Shown here piece after piece: positions 51,901-60,900 of a stretch of 64,000 bases of DNA. The stretch lies in the IMG/VR virus record IMGVR_UViG_3300005680_000007, positions 4,017-68,016 of that record. One strand, given 5' to 3'. The notes under the pieces were generated by a model. That model had not been told where the DNA came from, did not search any database, and saw only the letters and a list, made by a program, of their open reading frames with translations. The translations under genes and the position numbers were made by a program. Numbering within the stretch: the first letter of the stretch is position 1; every line of letters starts with the position of its first letter. The DNA is from a virus.

Positions 51901-54900
51901 ATATTCTGAGTAGAGAGGGTAATGACTATGTCGATGTCGATACCTCCCGAAGCCCCCCGAAAATCGAAGGAAAAGGCCCGCTCGCGAAGCTTCTCCGAGA
52001 TCGAGGAGAGCGCGGAGAGCCTGTTTCTCGAGGAGATGGAGCGCAAGCCCTCTTCTCGCTCGGGCGACGGAAAGGCGTAACGGATCAGGTCGATCTGTTC
52101 GGCGGCAGGGGAGACCAGTATGTCCTGCCGGGCGCCGAGAAGATCAGCGATGCCGAACTGGCGCAGCGGCGCGCGGATGCCCCGCTGCAGCCCAAGAAGC
52201 CGCAGAAGCCGGCCGAACTATTCTCGAACGACGATGCAAGCCAGCTAGGGCTTGGTCTGGAGCCGAAAGATGGACGCCGAGACGTTCGCCAGGGAGCACA
52301 AGGAGTATCTCCAAAACAACCGGCCGGACGTGCTCAAGGGCTTTCAGCGCGAAGGCGACCTGAGCAGGTATCTCTCTTCGATTGGGGAGCAGGCCGAAAG
52401 CCGGATGATCGACCTGCACGGCCAGATGAACAAGCAGGCGGGGGTGAACGACCTGCCGTACCTGCAGAAGGTGGCCGCGTTACAAAACCACCATCAATCG
52501 GCGCTCGAAATCGTCCGCGACGAAATCATCCTGCAGCCGCGGGACTAGCCGAGGCGATCAAGAAGATCGAGGAGCGTTCGCGCCTCAACTATCGCATCAC
52601 CGATTCCGATCGCATCGGCGAAGGCGGACCCAAGCAGAAGGTCCGCGACAATATCGAAGCCGTTCGCGTCCTGCGCCAGATCGAGGAAGAAGGCCGCGGC
52701 CCGACTCCCGAGGAAAAGGCGAAGCTCGTCAAGTATGTCGGCTGGGGCGCGTTCGCGCAGGATGTGTTCGCACCCCACAAGCAGGATTGGAAGAAGGAAC
52801 GCGATGCGCTCCGCTCGCTCCTGACCGACGCCGAATACGATTCCGCCAAAGCCTCGACCCTGAATGCCCACTACACGTCGCCGGAAGTCATCCGCGGCAT
52901 GTGGGACGTGATGGATCATTTCGGGTTTTCGGGTGGCCTTGCGCTCGAGCCGTCGGCCGGCATCGGCCATTTCATCGGTCTCACCCCCGACCACGTCGCG
53001 CCCAAGACGGCATGGACGGCGGTTGAACTCGACGCCATCACCGGACGCATCGCCGCCGCGCTCTATGGCGGCTCCGAGGTTCACGTCGAAGGCTATCAGG
53101 ATCTCAAGCGACCGTCGAATTACTACGACCTCGTCATCTCCAACGTGCCGTTTGGCGACTACAACATCACCGAAAAGCCCTACGGCCGCTATCCCATTCA
53201 CGACTTCTTCTTCGTCAAGTCGCTGGACAAGGTGCGCCCGGGCGGCATCGTCGCGTTCATCACGTCCCGCTACACTATGGACCGCATGGATCCCGCGACG
53301 CGGCGCGAATTCGCGAAGCAGGCTGACCTCGTCGGCGCCATCCGTCTCCCGGGCGGCCGCAAGGGCGCGTTCGCCGGCAATGCCGGAACCGAAGTGACGA
53401 CCGACATCATTTTCCTGCGCAAGAAGGTGCCGGACGAAAAGCCTTATCCGCAGAAGCCATGGCTAGAGACCAAGGAGATCAAGACACCGGACGGCCCGGT
53501 CAAGATCAACGAGTATTTCGCCGCCAATCCACAAATGATGATGGGCGAAATGCGGCTGACCGGATCGATGTATTCGGACAAGGAGCCGGTGCTGGTCGGG
53601 ACCGCGGAGGGATTGCGAGAGCGCATTGCTCAGGCCGCGCGCGACAACATGGAGGCCGGAGCATTCCTGCCGCGCGGCGTGCCGGAGCCGGTCAATATCG
53701 ATAGTTCGGACGTCGATCCGACGCTGAAAGAAGGCGCGCTGTTCGTGAAGAACGGCAAGGTCTACCAGCGCCAGAATGGCGTTGGCGTCGAGCAGAAGCT
53801 TTCCCCCGACGACGTCGACCGCGTCAAGCGGCTGTCCGAGATGCGGGGCACGGTGAACGACTTGCTCGCGGCGCAGCTGGGCGCGAGCGACAAGGGCACG
53901 CCGGCGGACCTGCGCCGTTCGCTTGCCAAAACCTACGAGGCTTTCGTCAAGAAGTGGGGCCCGATCAATCTCGAGGAGCGGACGGTCACGTCCCGCGTCA
54001 ACAAGGAAGGCGAAAACGTCGTCATTGTCCGCACGCCGAACCTGACCCCGTTCAAGGGCGATCCGGATGCATGGAAGGTCTCGGCGATCGAGAAATACGA
54101 TCCAGAGACGGGCAAGGCGACGCCAGCCGCGATCCAGACCAAGAACGTGATCGAGGCACCGACCGAGCGCCAGATCAACGGGCCGGCCGATGCGCTGGCT
54201 GCGTCGCTAGACAAGCATGGTGCTGTGGACGTCTACGACATCGCGGACATGCTGGGCACGTCGGTCGAGGATGCCGTCAAGAGCCTGGGCGATACGGTGT
54301 TCGTCGATCCGGACGGCCGCCAGTATGTGACCGCCGATCAGTACCTTTCCGGCAATGTCGTGAAAAAGCTGGAAGAGGCGCGCGCGCTTGCGCAGGATGA
54401 CGCCTCGTTCCAGCGCAACGTGGACGCCTTGGAGAAGGTGCAGCCCGTTCCGCTGGAGCCGTCCGACATCACCGCGCAATTCGGTGCCCCGTGGGTGCCG
54501 GAGCACGTCTATAACGATTTCATCAAGGATGTGCTGGGTGGTAGCGGGGAGGTCAAGAAGGTCCCGCTGACGGGCGAATGGCGCGTCACGATCAACGCAG
54601 CATCCCGAGATGCTCGCGCGAAGTATGCGACCGATCGCGTGCCGATCGACAAGATATTCAAGGCCGCGATCAACAACCAGCAGATTACGGTGTGGGATCA
54701 GGTCGCGGACGACAAGCGGGAGGTCAACCAGAAAGAAACCGAAGCGGCCCGGATCAAGACCGAGGCGATGAAAGAAGCCTTCGCGGGCGATCCGAACCTC
54801 GGGATTGACGGATGGGTGTGGCAGGACGGGGCCCGCGCCGCCGAGCTCGCCGCCATCTACAACCGGACCTACAACAATCTCGTCCCCACCAATTTCGACG

Positions 54901-57900
54901 GCTCGCACCAGACGCTGCCCGGCCTCAACCGCATGTTCGCCGATCGCAAGCACCGGCTGGATGCTATCTGGCGCATGGTCACGAAGGGCAACACGCTGCT
55001 CGCCCATGTGGTCGGTTCCGGCAAGACCGTTACCATGATCGCCGGCGGCATGGAGATGAAGCGGCTGGGCCTGATCAACAAGCCCGCCTATGTGGTGCCG
55101 AACCACATGCTCGAGCAGTTCGCGCGGGAATTCATCGAAGCCTACCCGAATGCCAAGATCATCGTCGCCGAAAAGGACGAGATGACGCGGGACAACCGCA
55201 AGGCCTTCTTGGCCAAGGTGGCGGCAAACGACTGGGACGGCGTCGTTATCACGCATGACGCCTTCGGCCGCATCAACATGGCGAAGGAATTCCGCCAGCA
55301 ATTCATCCGCGACCAGATCGCCGAACTTGAGCGGGTGAAGACCGCGGAGGCGAAGGAGGCGGGCAAGGACTCGCCCACGGTCAAGGCGCTGGAAAAGGCC
55401 AAGAAGCGGCTGCAGGACAAACTGCAGAAGCTTTTGAACGAGGATCGCAAGGACGAGGGCACGTCGTTTGAGGAGAGCGGCGTCGACTTCCTGTTCGTCG
55501 ACGAGGCGCACAAGTTCAAGAACCTCGCATTCGTGACGCGGCTGCAGCGGGTGAAGGGGCTTGCGCAGGGCGAGAGCCAGCGCGCCGAGGACCTGTCCCT
55601 GAAAATCCGCTACCTCGACCAGAAGCGCCCCGGCCGCTCGGCGGTTTTCGCAACCGGCACGCCGGTATCGAACACGATGGCCGAACTCTGGACCATGCAA
55701 CGCTACCTGCAATACGACAAACTGCGGGAGGCCGATCTTGACACGTTTGATGCATGGGCATCGACCTTCGGCAAGGTCGTCAACAACATGGAATTGTCGG
55801 CGGACGGCCGCACCCTGAAAGAGGTTTCATCCTTCTCCCGCTTTGTGAACGTGCCGGAACTGGTCTCGCTCTATTCCGAGATTGCCGACACCAAGACCGC
55901 GGACATGCTCAACCTGCCGCGGCCGCAGGTGGTGGCGCCGGACGGCAAGCCCGGCATCGAGATTGTGAAGGTCTCGCCATCGGAAGCCGAAGAGCGCTAC
56001 ATTGAAGGCCTGGTGAAACTGGCCGAGGAATTGAAGGGCAAGCGGCCGGAGCCCGGCAAGCCCAATATGCTGAGCGTGGTCGGGCTGGGCCGCAAGGTCG
56101 CGACCGATGCGCGCCTTGTCGGTCTGCCCGTCAATGAGGGCGGCAAGATCGCCACGGCCGCGCGCAACATCTTCCAAATCTGGAAGGATGGCAAAGAGCC
56201 CGGCACCGTGCAGATGGTGTTCCTCGACATGGGCGTGCCGCAGACCAAGGCGAAGCCGAAAAAGGCGGACCCGGATGGCGACGTCACGATCACGGACACT
56301 CCGGACCCGATCTTCGCGAAATACAACGTCGATCTCTATGCTGACCTGAAAGCGCGCCTTGTCGCCATGGGCGTGCCGGCCAAGCAAATTGCCACGATCC
56401 ACGAGGCGACCGACGACCAGAAGAAGGCCAAGCTGTTCTCGCGCGTGCGATCGGGCGATGTTCGCGTGATCATCGGCTCGTCGGAGAAGATGGGCGTCGG
56501 GACCAATGTGCAGGACCGGCTCATTGCGATGCACCATTTGGACGCGCCGTGGAAGCCCGCGGAAGTGGAGCAGCGCGACGGCCGCATCGTGCGCCAGGGC
56601 AACAAAAATCCGAACGTCCGCATCCTTCGCTATGTGACCGAGCGTTCGTTCGACGCATTCATGTGGCAGAAGCTGGACACAAAATCGAAATTCATCGGGC
56701 AGGTGCTGTCCGGTGCAAAAGGCGCGCGTCACGCCGAGGACATTGACAATCCGCTGCCGGAAGCAGCGGAGATGAAGGCCGCGGCGTCTGGCGACCCGCG
56801 CATCATGGAGTTGGCCGAACTCGACCGGAAGGTCCGGCAACTGGCGGCGCAGAAGCGTGTGTTCGACGCATCCAAGGCCCGCGCGGTGTCCGAACTCGCC
56901 ATGACCAAGGGCCGCGTCAAGCAGTATGAGGATGCGCTGCCGGCGGCCGAGATGGACGCGGCGAAGGTCGAAGATCTGTCGGGAGACAAGTTCAAGGTCA
57001 CGATCCAGGGCAAGGAATACGACGACCGCCGCGAGGCCGGAAAGGTCATTCTCGATGCATTGCTCGCGCGCGATGCCCGTTCCTATTATGCGCCGAAGCG
57101 GATCGACATCGGCACGGAAATGTCGGGCTTCCCGCTCGAAGTTGTGGCGCATGGCCGTTATGGGGACGGCGCGGCCTATCTGGCCGTGACGCCCGTGGTG
57201 CAGGCCAGCAAGAATTACAGCGGCTTGTCGGACATAACGATCAACGACCAGACAGATCCAGCCGGCCTCATGCTCAGGTTTGGCAATCTCCTCAAGAGCA
57301 TCGCTCTGGAGCCGGACCGGATCGAGCGCGTGCTGAAAGAAGAGCGCGCAAACGTCCCGCGGCTGGAGAAGGTCGCGGGCGAAACCTGGCCGAAGGATGC
57401 CGAACTGCAGCGCGCGCGCGCCGATCTGGACGCGCTGACCAAGGAATTGACCGGGGCGAAGGAGGAGAAGCCTGCGGAGGCGGCTCCTGCAACTGACGCG
57501 GTGGATACTGAAGGCTGGACGGCAGAGTCCCTCGTGGGACCGGATGCCGGGTTCACGCATTGGCAGATTAGGGACGCCGCCGGGAACCCAGTCACGAAAA
57601 TCGTCGGTGGCACCGCAGAGTCCGCAATCCGAAAGGCAGCGGAGAAACCCGAGGCGCTGTTCGACATCTCGCGCGACCTGACACGGCTCGCCCAGAAGGA
57701 CCGCGGGGAGATCGAGCGCCGCATTACCGCAATCGCCCGGCAGGTCATGGGGGCGCATGTGAGGGTGGCGTTTCAGGACGCGATTCCGCTGCCGGACGAT
57801 GCTGTCGAAGCGTGGGGCGCGAAGGCCAAGGGCCTCTATACCGCCGCAGGACGGTATATCCCGGCGCATCGGCTGATCGACATCGCCATGGCTGACCCGA

Positions 57901-60900
57901 TGTACCGGGATCAGGTCAGCACCGCCTATCACGAGCTTTTCCACGGCGCGGAAAACCTGCTGCTGCGTGACGCGGAAATGGCCGTGCTCAAGGCAGAGGA
58001 CGCGGAGTTGCGGCAGATCGCGGCCGACTATACCGGGATGAGCCGTGCGGAAGCGGCTGAACTCGCGGGCTTCGAGGTCCGCGCGATCGCGGCGCAGGCC
58101 TATGCGGACATGCGCAACCAGCCGCGCTCGGTCGATCTCCTGTCCGGAGCGGCCCGCAAGGTGCTGGAAAAGCTGCGCCAGATGTTCAAGCGCATCCGCA
58201 ACGTCATGCGCGGGCTGGGCTACCAGACGTCGCAGGACATCTTCTCGGACTTCTATGAAGGCCGCATGGCGGCGCGGGCTGCGAAGGAACGGCCGTTCGT
58301 GCGGGAAGCGGCGTCCGTCGTGCCCGGCGGTGGCACACCCACCCCGCAGCAGCGCCGCTCCGTCATGGAGCGCATGGACATGCGCCCGCTGGACCGGGCA
58401 TTGCGGGTGCCCTTCGACGTGTTCGGCGGCACCAACCAGAAGGGCGAGTGGGACCCGGGCCTGCGCCTCTCCGAGAAGGCGGCGAAGATCATCAAGGACG
58501 CCAAGTTCTCGGGTGGCGGCAAATTCCACTGGCTCAATCCCACGCTGGAACGCGCGCGTGCCGGACTGATTGACCGATACGGTCTCGACCCCGCCTATGT
58601 CGAGCGGGAGCGCCAGCGGGCGCTGGACGAGCGCCGCATCATGGGCGTGGTCCCCGAAGTGATGCAGACATTGAAGGAGAACGACGTCGGGTCCGCCGAA
58701 GCGATCGTTTTGCAGAAGATCCTGACTGGCGAGCAAATCTCCGACGCCAACCTCGAAGCGCTCGCCGCGCCGATCCGGCAGGCCATTGATGTATTCGGGC
58801 AGGAGGCGGTCGACCTCGGCCTCCTCTCTCAGGAATCCTTCGACCGCAACAAGGGCGCCTATCTGCATCGCGTCTACCGCAAGCACGAGACCGACCAGAA
58901 CCCGCTGGTGAAGTGGGTCTCCCAGATGGCGTCGACCCGCCGCAAGAAGATCATCGGCAACCAGTTCAAGGGCCGGGGCCTCTGGAAGGAAGTCGCAGCG
59001 AGCACGGTCAACCAGGCACCGAAGGGCTCCAAGGTCTCGATCGGCGGCACGCAATGGGAAGTCCGCGGCTACAAGGGTAAGAAGGCCGTGCTCTGGCGCG
59101 ACTATACGCCGGCAGAGCGCGAGCGCATGGGCGAAATCCTCGACGCCCGCTACACCATCGCCAAGACCTATATGGTCATGGCGCACGATCTGGCGACCGG
59201 CCGCTTCTACAAGGACATCGCGGACAATCCGGAATGGTCGTCGGATCAGGAGCCAGCGTCCGGCGCGTGGAAGAATGCTGCGGAATACGGCCGGCACTGG
59301 GCCGACCCCGACATCGAATGGGTCAAGGTCCCCGACACCAAGATCGCGTCCAGCAACACGCCCCGCTATGGAGCGCTTGCCGGCCGGTTCGTGCGCGCTG
59401 AAATCTGGCGCGACATAAACGAACTTGAGCAGATGCAGAGCCCGACATGGTGGAACACCATCCTCACGCAATGGAAGCTCAACAAGACCGCGCGCTCCCC
59501 CGTCACGCACATGAACAACGTCATGTCCAACGCCGTGTTGATGGACATGGCGGACGTGCGCGCTCGCGATCTCTACCGCGGCATCCGCTCGATGGTGAAG
59601 CAGGACGCGCTCTACAAGGAGGCGGTGGACAACGGCGCCTTCGGCGGCGACATGATCAGCCAGGAAATCCGGGACAACGTACTCCGGCCGATCCTCGAGG
59701 AGATCGAGAACCAGGCGCAGGCCAAGTCCCCGGTCGGCATGGTAGAGAAGGTCATGGCCGGGCTGTTCTCCAAGGGCGCGCTGGTGGGCGCTGCCTATGG
59801 TGCTGCTGGCGGTGCGTTGGTCGGCGGGCCGGTCGGTGCGGTGGCCGGTGCGGGCGTCGGGGCCGTGGCCGGCGCGGCCGCGCGCAAGCCGATCGACAAG
59901 TTCGACGAGAAGATGCTGCAGGCCTACCGGCTCGAGGATGAAGTCTTCCGCATGGCGACCTATACGCGCCGGATCGACCAAGGCCTGACGCCGCGGGAGG
60001 CCGCGATTGAGGCCAACGAACAATTCCTCGACTATGACATCCGGGCGCCGTGGGTGAATGCGGCGCGGCGCACGGTGCTGCCGTTCATCGCCTATACCTA
60101 CCGCGCGACCCCGCTGGTCGCGAAGATGGTCATGACGCGGCCGTGGAAACTGGCGAAGTATGCGACCGTGGCATTCGTCCTCAATGCGCTGGGCTATGCT
60201 CTCTTCCCCGGCGATGAGGACGACGAGCGCCGCACGCTGCGGGAGGAAGAGCAGGGGCGGACGTGGATCGGCGCCCCGCGCATGATCCGCACGCCGTTCG
60301 GGGATGCCAACGGCAACCCGCTGTTCCTCGACGTGCGCCGCTGGATCCCGTCCGGCGACATCTTCGACATGAACCAGGGGCAGGGCGCCGTGCCGGTCCC
60401 GGCGCCGCTGCAATTCGGCGGACCAATCATGCTCGGCGCGGAACTGGCCCTGAACAAGCAGGCCTTCACCGGCCGCCCGATCGTCAACACCAAGACCGAC
60501 GATATTTGGGATCGAGCCGGCAAGGTCGGGGATTGGGCGTGGAAGGCATGGATGCCGGGCGCTGCGTGGATCCCCGGCTCGTGGTACTGGGAGAAAACAG
60601 GGGATGCCCTTGCCGGCGCACGCGATCGCTCCGGCCGCGCCTATAGCCTCCCCCTCGCGCTGTCGAGCTCGGTCGGCGTCAAGCTCAAGCCGCACGAGAT
60701 TGCCGAAGGCAAGCGCCAGATCCAACTGGAATTCGACCGCGTGAACCGGGAACTGAGCTTTGAGCGCTCCCGTCTCGCACGGGACCGATCGCAGGGCAAG
60801 ATTTCGGATGACCGCTACAAGAGCGATCTCGCAGCCCTCGACCGCAAACGCAAGCATTACAACGAGGAACGCCGCAAGCGGCTGACCGGCGAGGACCTAG

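Noticed and set aside
51237-51920. Zeta-like module as a classical epsilon/zeta toxin-antitoxin pair
   Set aside because: The kinase-like module is embedded in frame in the giant ORF and has no upstream epsilon-type gene. The small +1 ORFs flanking it are noted in the findings but show no resemblance to epsilon that I can recognise.
55827-60857. 1,676-aa minus-strand ORF, with similar long antisense ORFs at 48723-52046, 46630-49146 and 42982-44754
   Set aside because: Arg/Gly/Ala/Pro/His-rich translations that lie exactly antisense to well-supported genes. These are typical open shadow frames of G/C3-rich DNA.
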